This document shows positions 9,111 to 17,802 of a DNA stretch of 64,000 nt, one piece after another (position 1 is the stretch's first letter; the number at the start of each line of letters is the position of its first letter). Both the position numbers and the translations under genes were made by a program. The stretch is from Halobacteriaceae archaeon. GTDB lineage: Archaea; Halobacteriota; Halobacteria; Halobacteriales; Halobacteriaceae. The stretch is taken from assembly GCA_042216675.1 (NCBI GenBank), contig JBDGTS010000016.1:18829-82828 (forward strand), given 5' to 3'. Under the pieces are notes generated by a model. The model worked only from the letters and a program-made list of their open reading frames with translations, was not told the DNA's origin and made no database searches.

Positions 9111-10706
9111 GTGACGCTCTCTCGACGGGATAGGCTGTCGCCGGCGGCGCTCACCGCTGTGTACGTAGTCGGTGGGCTGGCGTGGATTCTCGCCACGGAC
9201 TGGCTCGTGACCGCCCTGGGCGACGGGCGCACGCTCCAGTCGCTGAAGGGCACCCTGTTCGTCGCCGGGACGGGAGCGCTCCTGTACGCCGTCCTCCGGC
9301 GCCGCGAGCGCACCATCGACGCGACACACGAGACGCTGGACGACGCGCGGCGGCGCTTCGAGAGCATCGTCCGCGCCTCGCCGGTGCCGATCGTCGCCCT
9401 CGACGTGGACGGGCGCGTGGAGACGTGGAACCCCGCCGCCGAGGAGACGTTCGGCTGGTCGGCCGAGGAGGTCCGGGGCGAGCAGATACCCATCGTGCCC
9501 GCGGACCGGCGCGAGGAGTTCCGGACGCTGTTCGGCCGGGTCACCGACGGCGAGTCCATCGCCGGTCGCGAGATTCAGCGCGAGACGGCGAGCGGTGCCG
9601 AACGCACCCTCTCGCTCTCCGCGGCCCCTGTCTTCGACGCCGAGGGCGACGTGGATGGCGTGATGGCCGTCTTCCGCGACGTGACCGAGCGCCGCGCCCG
9701 CGAGCAGTCGCTGGCGGCGTACCGGGACCTCGTCGACCACCTCCCCGTCGGCGTCTTCCGCACGGCGCCCCGCGACCGCGACGAGTTCGTCGAGGTCAAC
9801 CCCGCGCTGGTGGAGATGTTCGACGCTGACTCCGCGGCCGACCTGCTCGCGACGCCGCTCTCGGAGTTGTTCGCCGACCCGGAGGAGCGCCCTCGGTTCC
9901 ACGACGCCCTCGCTGAACAGGGGACCGCGACCGCGGAACTCCGCTTCGAGACGCTGTCGGGCGAGGTGTTCTGGGCCCGCACCACCGCCATTCGGCGCGT
10001 GGACGACGAGGGGAACGTCTACGTCGAGGGCACCATTCAGGACGTCTCCGAGCGGAAGGAGCGCGACCGGCAGTTGGCGGTCCTCGACCGGATGCTGCGG
10101 CACAACCTCCGCAACAAGATGTGCGTCATCCTCGGGCGCGCGGCGGACGTCGAGCGCTGGGCGACGGGTGACACCGCCGCGGCCGCCCGGGAGATACAGG
10201 CGCAGGGGGACGCGCTCCTGAATCTGGCGAGCGACCAGCGGGAAATCGTGGAACTCGTCGCCGACCCGCCGGACGTCGTCGACTGTGACCTGGCCGCCGT
10301 CGTGCGCCGGCAAGCCGGGCGCGCGCGGAAGCGCCACCCCGAGGCCACGGTCGACGTGACCTGTCCGGACGCGGTTCGGGTCCGCGCCATCGACGCAATC
10401 GGGCGCGCCGTGGGGGAACTCCTCGACAACGCCATCGTCCACGCCGACGACGCGGCGCCCCGCGTGGAGATTCGCGTCGAGGTGGGCGAGCGTGTCCGCT
10501 GTGCGGTCGTCGACGAGGGGCCGGGCATCCCCGACCCCGAGGTGGCCGTCCTCGCCGGCGAACACGATGTGGGGCCGCTGTACCACGGGAGCGGGATGGG
10601 CCTGTGGCTGGTCAGATGGATCGTGCGCGCCTCCGACGGCACGCTCAGATTCACGGACAACGAGCCCCGGGGGAGCGTCGTGACGATGACCTTCGACCGG
10701 GCCTGA
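9111..10706 (+). CDS. Membrane PAS-PAS sensor histidine kinase
   Basis: Two N-terminal TM helices, two PAS/PAC domains, H-box RHNLRN, N-box ELLDNAIVH, DEGPGI, GSGMGLW. Confidence 0.88.
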   Translation: MTLSRRDRLSPAALTAVYVVGGLAWILATDWLVTALGDGRTLQSLKGTLFVAGTGALLYAVLRRRERTIDATHETLDDARRRFESIVRASPVPIVALDVDGRVETWNPAAEETFGWSAEEVRGEQIPIVPADRREEFRTLFGRVTDGESIAGREIQRETASGAERTLSLSAAPVFDAEGDVDGVMAVFRDVTERRAREQSLAAYRDLVDHLPVGVFRTAPRDRDEFVEVNPALVEMFDADSAADLLATPLSELFADPEERPRFHDALAEQGTATAELRFETLSGEVFWARTTAIRRVDDEGNVYVEGTIQDVSERKERDRQLAVLDRMLRHNLRNKMCVILGRAADVERWATGDTAAAAREIQAQGDALLNLASDQREIVELVADPPDVVDCDLAAVVRRQAGRARKRHPEATVDVTCPDAVRVRAIDAIGRAVGELLDNAIVHADDAAPRVEIRVEVGERVRCAVVDEGPGIPDPEVAVLAGEHDVGPLYHGSGMGLWLVRWIVRASDGTLRFTDNEPRGSVVTMTFDRA

Positions 10707-11381
10707 TCAGGCGAAGCCGTCCAGCACTCCCTGTCCGTCCGTCGGGCCGATGTCGGGGAGCGACGCCCGCTCGGGGTGGGGCATCATCACCGCGACGTGC
10801 TCGTCCTCGCCGAGGACGCCCGCGACGTTGCCTTTCGACCCGTTGACGTTCGCGGCGTCGGTGACCGAGCCGTCGGCCTCGCAGTACCGGAACAGGATGC
10901 GGTCCTCGTCGTCGAGGCGGGCCAGTTCGTCGTCGGCGATTTCGAAGCGGCCCTCGCCGTGTGCGATTGGCAGGTCGATGACTTCGCCCTCCTCGTAGGC
11001 CGCAGTCCAGCGGGTGTCGGCGTTCTCGACGCGGAGGTGGGCGTGTTCGCACTGGAACTTCGCGCTCCGGTTCGTGGTGAACGCACCCGGCGCGAGGCCG
11101 CCCTCGGCACCGATTTGCGCGCCGTTGCAGACGCCCAGCACGGGGACGCCCTCGGCCGCGGCCTCGCGCACGTCCTCCATGATGGGGGTGCGGGCCGCCA
11201 TCGCGCCGGCGCGGAGGTAGTCGCCGTAGGAGAACCCACCGGGCAGGAGGACGCCCGACGCGTCGTCGGGGAGGCCGTCCTCGTGCCAGACGATGTCGGC
11301 GTCGACGCCGAGTTCCGAGAGCGCGCGCACCGCATCCCGGTCGCAGTTGCTCCCGCCGAAGCGGACGACTGCCACCGTCAT
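10707..11381 (-). CDS. purQ: Phosphoribosylformylglycinamidine synthase subunit PurQ
   Basis: 'FGGSNCDRD', 'PGGFSYGDYLRAG', 'GVCNGAQ', 'AHGEG', 'MMPHPER'. Confidence 0.95.
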   Translation of the reverse strand: MTVAVVRFGGSNCDRDAVRALSELGVDADIVWHEDGLPDDASGVLLPGGFSYGDYLRAGAMAARTPIMEDVREAAAEGVPVLGVCNGAQIGAEGGLAPGAFTTNRSAKFQCEHAHLRVENADTRWTAAYEEGEVIDLPIAHGEGRFEIADDELARLDDEDRILFRYCEADGSVTDAANVNGSKGNVAGVLGEDEHVAVMMPHPERASLPDIGPTDGQGVLDGFA

Positions 11382-11629
11382 CGGTCCGTCACGTCCACCG
11401 TGTAGTCGTGGATGGTCGGGTTGGCGAGCAGTCGCTCCGCCATCTCGTCGGCCTCCGCGCGCGCCGCGGCCTCGCTCTCGGCGTCGAGGTCGATTTCGAA
11501 GCGGTCGGCCATCCGCAACTCCTCCACGTCGAAACCGAGGCGTTCGAGCGAGTGGCGCGTCGTCTCGGCTTCGGGGTCGAGGACGCCCCGCTTCAGCCGG
11601 ACCGTCACCGTCGCCGTGTAGGCCGTCAT
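11378..11629 (-). CDS. purS: Phosphoribosylformylglycinamidine synthase subunit PurS
   Basis: 'V.LKRGVLDPEA...ERLLANPTIHDY'; 83 aa; ATGA overlap with purQ. Confidence 0.95.
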   Translation of the reverse strand: MTAYTATVTVRLKRGVLDPEAETTRHSLERLGFDVEELRMADRFEIDLDAESEAAARAEADEMAERLLANPTIHDYTVDVTDR

Positions 11630-11743
11630 TATGAGAAGCGGGGGCGTGCGTCGGCAAAGGGATTGCGGAACGTCGCTCCTCGCACCTCTCGCGTTGGTGG
11701 CGGAGCGGACACGAGCGGAGACGGCGGCCGCAGAATGCGGTTT

Positions 11744-11785
11744 TTTGGTCCAGCTTTTTGCCGCGCATCGCGGCAAAAAGGTGGT
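11744..11785. repeat. Intergenic palindrome (perfect 12-bp inverted repeat CTTTTTGCCGCG-cat-CGCGGCAAAAAG), REP/MITE-like
   Basis: Perfect arms at 11754-11765 and 11769-11780, flanked by TTTGGTCCAG and GTGGT, between divergent purS and purU. Confidence 0.6.
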
Positions 11786-11856
11786 GCGGAACGCTTTTCC
11801 GCGGACGCGGACTCAACACGCCCAACCATGTCCGCGTTCGTCCACGAGGTGTCGCC

Positions 11857-12813
11857 ATGACGGAGGAGTACACGGAAATCACCGTCGTCGGCGAGGACTC
11901 CACGGGACTCATCGCCCGCGTCACGACCCTCCTGTTCGAGCGCTCGATAAACATCGAGGACCTCGATCAGGACGTCCGCGAGGACGTGTTCCGGATGCGG
12001 ATGCACGTCGACGCCTCCGAGATGGTGACGACCCAAGAGAAACTCAGAGAGGACCTCCACGCACTCGGCGAGGACCTCGACGTCGACGTGCAGGTCCGCT
12101 TCCCCGAAGACAAGGAGGCGCGCCACGTCGCCGTCCTCGCGACCAAGGAGTCGCACTGTCTGGAGCGGTTGCTCGCGGCCCGCGAGGACGGCGACCTCGA
12201 CGCGGAGATCTCCTGCGTCGTCGCGAATCACGACGACCTCGCGCACCTCGTCCCCGAGGACATCCCCTTCTACGACATCGGCGACGAGTCCGGCGTCCCC
12301 GACGAGGACTGGCTGTTGGACATCCTCGCCGACCACGACGTCGACCTCGTGGTGCTGGCGCGCTACATGCGCATCCTCAGCCCCGACGTGGTGTTCCGCT
12401 ACGAGAACCGCATCATCAACGTCCATCCCTCCCTGCTCCCCTCGTTCCCGGGCGCGTCGGCCTACCTGCAGGCCGTCGAGGAGGGGGCCCGCATCGCCGG
12501 CGTCACGGCCCACTACGTCACGACGGACCTCGACCAAGGCCCCATCATCGCCCAGCGAGCGTTCAACGTCCGCCCGGACGACGACGAGGACTCCCTGCGT
12601 GAACGCGGCCAACCCCTCGAAGCCGAGGTGCTCCTCGAAGCGGTCCAGATGCACCTCAACGGCGACGTCCTCGTGCGCCGCGGCAAGACGGAACTCCGTG
12701 AGGGCGTCGACCCCGAGACGTACCAGTTCGGCCTGCCAAACGACTTCGAGGACGACCTCCCCGAGGAACCCGTGGACACGGTGAAGCGCGCCGAGTCGAG
12801 CGCCGACGACTGA
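11857..12813 (+). CDS. purU: Formyltetrahydrofolate deformylase
   Basis: N-terminal ACT domain; 'TKESHCL', 'LARYMRIL', 'INVHPSLLPSFPGA', 'GVTAHYVT.DLDQGPII'. Confidence 0.93.
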   Translation: MTEEYTEITVVGEDSTGLIARVTTLLFERSINIEDLDQDVREDVFRMRMHVDASEMVTTQEKLREDLHALGEDLDVDVQVRFPEDKEARHVAVLATKESHCLERLLAAREDGDLDAEISCVVANHDDLAHLVPEDIPFYDIGDESGVPDEDWLLDILADHDVDLVVLARYMRILSPDVVFRYENRIINVHPSLLPSFPGASAYLQAVEEGARIAGVTAHYVTTDLDQGPIIAQRAFNVRPDDDEDSLRERGQPLEAEVLLEAVQMHLNGDVLVRRGKTELREGVDPETYQFGLPNDFEDDLPEEPVDTVKRAESSADD

Positions 12814-13830
12814 TTACAGGTCCTCGACGGCCGCCACCGCCTCGTCCATCGGCGGCGCGTCGAACCAGTCGGTGCCGGTGTAGCGGTTCGTGCCCGCGGC
12901 GTACAGGTCGCTGACGGCCGTCAGCACGTCGTCGGGGAGCGGTCCGGGCGCCTCGTCGCACAGCGACTTCCAGTCGGCCACGTCCCTCTCCGTGGCCTCC
13001 TCCTTGGCCGCCGAGACGGCGTCGACCCAGTCGGGGTCCGTCGCGCGGTAGTGCTGGCGGATGACCTCCTTCGAGACTTGGGTGCCGTCGTAGGCGAAGC
13101 GGTTCTCGTCGAAGGTGCCCACCACGTCGGCGACGCGAATCTCGCCGTCGACGAACAGCACCTCGATTTTCCCGTCCTGATGGACGAAGCCCCGTTCGGC
13201 CGCGCGGTCGGTGAGCAGGCGGTTCACCTCGCGGGCGACGCGGGCGATGTCGTCCACGTCGGCGGGGCCCGCGACGCGTTCGGCCTCGCCCGCGTCGAGG
13301 TAGCGGTCGCCGTCCTCGAACTTCGTGGAGAACTCCACGATGGGGTCGTCGAGGTCGACCGCCTCGTCGGGCCACTCGTCGTAGTCGAGGCCGTGGTCCG
13401 CGGGGTCGCTCCGCCGGCGCAGACTCGACCCGACGGGGACCGTGTTGCGGAAGACGACTTCCATCGGCACCACGACGGCGTCGCCGGCGGCCTCGTGGAA
13501 CGCCTCGTAGTCGTAGTCGCGGCCGTCGTGGGGCAACTCGGGGACGTCCACGAGGTCGATGGCCATCTCGCGGGGCGCCGCGTCGGCCTCCGCGAGGGGG
13601 ACCGTCTCGCCGTCGTCGACGACGCCGCGGTAGTGCGTCGGCACGCCCTCGGCCTCCAGCATCTCGAAGTTGAACGCGCCCATCGTGCAGAGGGTGGCGC
13701 CTTTCCGTGGAATCTGGTCGGGCATCTTCCCCCAGTCGAAGACGGAGTAGTCGTCGGTGAAGTAAAAGCGCCCACGTCCGAGGCCGCCGTCCGGGGCCTC
13801 GTCGACGTGGATGTCCTTGACGCTCGTCAT
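12814..13830 (-). CDS. purC: SAICAR synthetase
   Basis: 'MTSVKD', '[11 protein letters not shown]', 'PMEVVFRN...GS', 'EFSTK', 'DGKIE', '[12 protein letters not shown]'. Confidence 0.93.
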   Translation of the reverse strand: MTSVKDIHVDEAPDGGLGRGRFYFTDDYSVFDWGKMPDQIPRKGATLCTMGAFNFEMLEAEGVPTHYRGVVDDGETVPLAEADAAPREMAIDLVDVPELPHDGRDYDYEAFHEAAGDAVVVPMEVVFRNTVPVGSSLRRRSDPADHGLDYDEWPDEAVDLDDPIVEFSTKFEDGDRYLDAGEAERVAGPADVDDIARVAREVNRLLTDRAAERGFVHQDGKIEVLFVDGEIRVADVVGTFDENRFAYDGTQVSKEVIRQHYRATDPDWVDAVSAAKEEATERDVADWKSLCDEAPGPLPDDVLTAVSDLYAAGTNRYTGTDWFDAPPMDEAVAAVEDL

Positions 13831-13914
13831 GGTCGTCCTCTCTCGGGGCCCGAGTAAGTGCGTTCCGACTCCGCGAGGCGCAACTATCTTGTGAGTCGGC
13901 CAACATCTTGGCCC

Positions 13915-14313
13915 ATGAGACGCTCCCGCCCTGACCCCTCCAACAGCCCCGGCACCGCCCGCGACGAGATGTGGGAGAGCGACGGCGACGGGCCGACGGC
14001 GCCGCTCGGCATCAAACTCATCTGCGTCCTCTCGGTGTTCCTCGACCTGTTCGCCCTCCTCGTCGGCCTCGCGGCCGTCGGGGGCGGGGGCCCGGAGTCA
14101 GTGATTGGCCTCGTCCTCCTCGTGATCGTCGCCGTCGACCTCACGGCGGTGTACGGCCTCTGGACGGTGAAATCGTGGGGCTGGGTCCTCGCCGTCGCGA
14201 TGCGCACGCTGTCGCTCCTCGCGGCGCTGGTGCAGGGCGAGCTCGTGGGCTTCCTCGTCGGCCTGCTCATCCTCGGCTACGTCGTCAGCAAGTACGACCT
14301 CTACCTCGGGTAG
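13915..14313 (+). CDS. Small multi-pass membrane protein
   Basis: About 4 hydrophobic helices; '[10 protein letters not shown]', 'YGLW..KSWGW'. Confidence 0.7.
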   Translation: MRRSRPDPSNSPGTARDEMWESDGDGPTAPLGIKLICVLSVFLDLFALLVGLAAVGGGGPESVIGLVLLVIVAVDLTAVYGLWTVKSWGWVLAVAMRTLSLLAALVQGELVGFLVGLLILGYVVSKYDLYLG

Positions 14314-14363
14314 CCGCGCCGCGACCCGCGCACTTTTGAGGTTGTAGCGGGTGCTCTCGCGTA

Positions 14364-15719
14364 ATGGCCGATACGTTCGACGTCACCCCCAACGTCCCGC
14401 GCGGGGAGTTCGGGTTCGACCACCGCCCGGAGACGGGCCAGTCCTTCGAGAACGCCCTCGCGAAGGCGCGCAACGGCGAGCGACTCACCGTCGACGACGG
14501 CGTGGAACTGCTCACCACCGGCACCGACCACCCCGGCATCGACCGGGAGCGGAAGGAACTCGTCCTCGAAGCCGCCGACCGGCGGCGCGCCGAGGTGGTC
14601 GGCGACGAGGTGACCTTCGTCGCGAACATCAACAACAACGTCACCACCGCCTGCGACACGGGCTGTCTGTTCTGTAACTTCAAGGACGCCGCACAGCGAT
14701 TCGAGAGCGACCACGACGGCCACAACGCCGGCTTCACGAAGACGCCCGCCGAGTCCCGCGACATCGTGCAGGACGCCGTCGAACGGGGCGTCTACGAGGT
14801 GACGTCCGTCTCGGGCCTTCACCCCGGCTTCGCCCTCGACGACGAGCATCTCGCGATTCTCGACGCCCACGAGTCGCCCGCCGAGGTCAACTACAAGCCA
14901 CCGGAGCGATACGACACCGACACCGGCACCTACTGCGAGCAGATCGAGGCGATGGCGACCGACGGCGTCCACGTCCACTCGATGACGCCCGAGGAGGCGT
15001 ACCACGCCAAGCGCGGCACCGACTGGGACTTCGAGGAGGTGTACGGCCGCCTCGCGGACGCGGGCCTCGACAGCGCACCGGGCACGGCCGCCGAAATCCT
15101 CGTCGAGGAGGTCCGGGAGGTCATCTGTCCGAACAAGGTCAGCACGGCGGGGTGGCTCGACGCGATGGAGGCCGCCGCGAACGTCGGCCTCGACGTGACG
15201 GCGACCATCATGTACGGCCACGTCGAGAACGAGAAACATCGGGTCCTCCACCTCGACCGGGTCCGCGAGTTGCAGGACCGCATCGGCGCCATCACGGAGT
15301 TCGTCCCCCTCTCCTTCGTTCACCCGGACACGCCCCTCCACGACCGGGGGATGGTCGAGGACGGCGCGACGACCGACGAGGACGAACTGCTCATCGCCGT
15401 CTCGCGCCTCTACCTCGACAACGTCGACCACATCCAGTCCTCGTGGGTGAAGTACGGCGACGAACAGGGCCTGAAGATGCTGAACTGCGGCGCCGACGAC
15501 TTCATGGGCACCATCCTCTCGGAGGAGATCACCAAGCGCGCGGGCGGGGAGTACGGCGAGTTCCGCTCCTTCGAGGAGTACGTCGAGATGATTTCGGCCA
15601 TCGGGCGCGTCCCCGTCGAGCGCTCGACGGACTACGAGCAGCGCCGGGTCATCGACCCCGACGACCCGCCCTTCGGCCCCGAACTCGGCCCGAGGGCCGA
15701 CGGTACGCCCCTGCTGTAG
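14364..15719 (+). CDS. cofH: FO synthase subunit CofH
   Basis: Radical SAM 'CDTGCLFC', 'PGTAAEIL', 'ATIMYGHVE', 'EFVPLSF', 'HIQSSWVK.G', 'GADDFMGT'; cofG and cofC nearby. Confidence 0.92.
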   Translation: MADTFDVTPNVPRGEFGFDHRPETGQSFENALAKARNGERLTVDDGVELLTTGTDHPGIDRERKELVLEAADRRRAEVVGDEVTFVANINNNVTTACDTGCLFCNFKDAAQRFESDHDGHNAGFTKTPAESRDIVQDAVERGVYEVTSVSGLHPGFALDDEHLAILDAHESPAEVNYKPPERYDTDTGTYCEQIEAMATDGVHVHSMTPEEAYHAKRGTDWDFEEVYGRLADAGLDSAPGTAAEILVEEVREVICPNKVSTAGWLDAMEAAANVGLDVTATIMYGHVENEKHRVLHLDRVRELQDRIGAITEFVPLSFVHPDTPLHDRGMVEDGATTDEDELLIAVSRLYLDNVDHIQSSWVKYGDEQGLKMLNCGADDFMGTILSEEITKRAGGEYGEFRSFEEYVEMISAIGRVPVERSTDYEQRRVIDPDDPPFGPELGPRADGTPLL

Positions 15720-15760
15720 CGGCGAAAGACCGAACTGCCGTCGCGGCCTTGTCTCGGCCG

Positions 15761-16318
15761 ATGATGAGCACCACCCACGCCGCGATGGGGGCGGCGCTGG
15801 CCACGCCGCTCTGGGCCGTCGCGCCCGAGTTCGCCCCCGCGGCGACGCTCGCGGCGTTCCTCGGTGGTCTGTTCCCCGACGCCGACGCCGTGGCGGGCGC
15901 GCACCGCCGGACGCTCCACCACCCCGAACTGTATCCGGCGCTGACGGCGGCGGCCGTCGGCGCGGCCGCGGTGCGTCCGGCCACCGCCACCGTCGCCACG
16001 GCGGCGTTTCTCGGGAGCGCGGCGCTCCACTCGCTCGTCGACGTGTTCGGCGGCGGCCTCGCGCTGCGCCCGTGGGTGGCCGACGACGGCCGCGGCATCT
16101 ACCTCCACACCCAGCAACGGTGGGTCCCGCCCCGCCGATGGGTGCGCTACGACGGCGCGCCCGAGGACCTCGCGCTTGTCGGCGCGCTCACGGTGCCGGT
16201 GGCGCTCGCCGGCGGCCCGACGCGGTGGCTGGCGCTGGCGGGGTTGGTGGTGTCGGCGGCGTACACGGCGTTCCGGAAGCCGCTGGTCGAGCAGTATCCG
16301 GGGCTGTTCGAGAACTAG
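15761..16318 (+). CDS. Membrane metal-dependent hydrolase (YdjM/LexA-binding family-like)
   Basis: 'TTH..MG', 'FPDAD', 'HRRTLH', 'LHSLVD'. Confidence 0.75.
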   Translation: MMSTTHAAMGAALATPLWAVAPEFAPAATLAAFLGGLFPDADAVAGAHRRTLHHPELYPALTAAAVGAAAVRPATATVATAAFLGSAALHSLVDVFGGGLALRPWVADDGRGIYLHTQQRWVPPRRWVRYDGAPEDLALVGALTVPVALAGGPTRWLALAGLVVSAAYTAFRKPLVEQYPGLFEN

Positions 16319-16320
16319 GC

Positions 16321-17802
16321 TCAGTGCGCGGCGTCGTGGGGGTTGCGCTCCGTGCCGTAGTTCTCGGCGTGGTCGGTGTAGTCGATGAAGCGCGGCGCGT
16401 CCGGGTCGAAGGGGCGCTCCAGCGAGTCGAAGGCCTTCTGCTTGTCCCACGACTGCAGACCGCCGATTGCCGAGCGGTCCTCGAGGTCGTGGTAGTCGAG
16501 GTCGTCCTTCGTGGCGTTCCACGCGTCCATGCCCGTCTCCGTGCGGACGATGACGCTGGAGTACTCGTCCGAGGAGCCGACGGAGCCGACGCTCACGTCG
16601 GCACAGTAGCCCGTGAAGTCCGCGCACTCGTCACAGCCCTTCAGCGCGGCGCCGTGGAACTCCTCGATGTCCTCGTCGAGGATGAGGTCGAGGTCCTCGT
16701 CGAACACCTTCATCTTCCCGTCGATGACGTCGAGTTTGCCGATGTCCTCGGGGTGGATGCCGCGCTGTTCGGTGAGTTGCTCGCCGATGAGCTTCTCGTA
16801 GTTGAAGCTCTTCGTGCACATCAGCGCGATGGTGTAGTCCACCGCGCGGGCACCGGTCTCTTGGCTGGCGTAGTCCCAGTCGAAGTCCTGCAGGGCCTTG
16901 ATGCCCTCTATCTCACAGGGGGTGCCGACGAGGGCCAGCGAGAGGTCCTCGGGGTCCTTGTCGGGGAGTTTGTGCTCCCACTGTTCGAGGCCGAGGTTGC
17001 CCAGCGCCATCGTCTGGTTGTAGAAGGAGCCGGCGTTCTCGATGAGTTCCTCGGGGGTCGTGGCGAGGAACGACTCGGCCTTCCACTCCTCGTCGTCGGA
17101 TTCGGTGGCGACGAGTGCGCCGTCGATTTCGCCCTGTTCGAGCAGGTGGATGAGCATCGACGTGACGACGCCGCCGTCCTGTGCGTTCTCGCGCCAGTCG
17201 TCCTCGACGGTGGCGGAGAACTCCGTGATGGGGTCGCCGGCGCCGGACACGTTGTCGTCGCCGCCGGTGATCTTCCACTGGCGCTCGTAGCGCAGGCCGC
17301 CGCGGGGACAGAAGTCCCAGCAGAGCGAACAGCCGGTACACATCTTCACCAGTTCCGGCAGGCCGTCGTCGCCGATGCCGATGGAGTCGGAGGGACAGGA
17401 GGCCACGCAGGTGCCACACTGGATACACCGCCCCTCGTCGATGACGGCGTCGTCGAGTTCCATGAACCACGTCTTGTCGTCGGGCGTGTCGATGTCGTTC
17501 ATCTCCTGCCGGATGGAGTACTCCGGCGTGTCGAGGTCGACGCCCTCGGGGATGCCGACTCGCTCGGCGGGGTTGCCGCCGTCTTCGACGTCTTGGCTCT
17601 TGTCGGTCGCGGGTTCGGTGAACTCGACGTCGCCGAGGTTCCCCTGCTCGTCCACGTTCGCGACGCCGCCGTCGGCGGCCACGTCGGCGGGCGCGTCGTG
17701 CCCGCTCTCGGCGGCCGGCGTGGAGCCACAGGTGCAGGCGTCGTCCGCACAGCCGTCGTCGCCCTCGCTCGTCTCGGGGACGCTCGGGTCGAAGTCACCC
17801 AT
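16321..17802 (-). CDS. Coenzyme F420 hydrogenase/dehydrogenase beta-subunit (FrhB/FdhB) family protein with 2x[4Fe-4S] domain
   Basis: 'CIQCGTCVASC', 'CTGCSLCWDFCP', 'AQDGGVVT', 'LVGTPC', 'ALMC', 'CDECADF...ADVSVG'; start overlaps the reductase stop. Confidence 0.85.
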   Translation of the reverse strand: MGDFDPSVPETSEGDDGCADDACTCGSTPAAESGHDAPADVAADGGVANVDEQGNLGDVEFTEPATDKSQDVEDGGNPAERVGIPEGVDLDTPEYSIRQEMNDIDTPDDKTWFMELDDAVIDEGRCIQCGTCVASCPSDSIGIGDDGLPELVKMCTGCSLCWDFCPRGGLRYERQWKITGGDDNVSGAGDPITEFSATVEDDWRENAQDGGVVTSMLIHLLEQGEIDGALVATESDDEEWKAESFLATTPEELIENAGSFYNQTMALGNLGLEQWEHKLPDKDPEDLSLALVGTPCEIEGIKALQDFDWDYASQETGARAVDYTIALMCTKSFNYEKLIGEQLTEQRGIHPEDIGKLDVIDGKMKVFDEDLDLILDEDIEEFHGAALKGCDECADFTGYCADVSVGSVGSSDEYSSVIVRTETGMDAWNATKDDLDYHDLEDRSAIGGLQSWDKQKAFDSLERPFDPDAPRFIDYTDHAENYGTERNPHDAAH

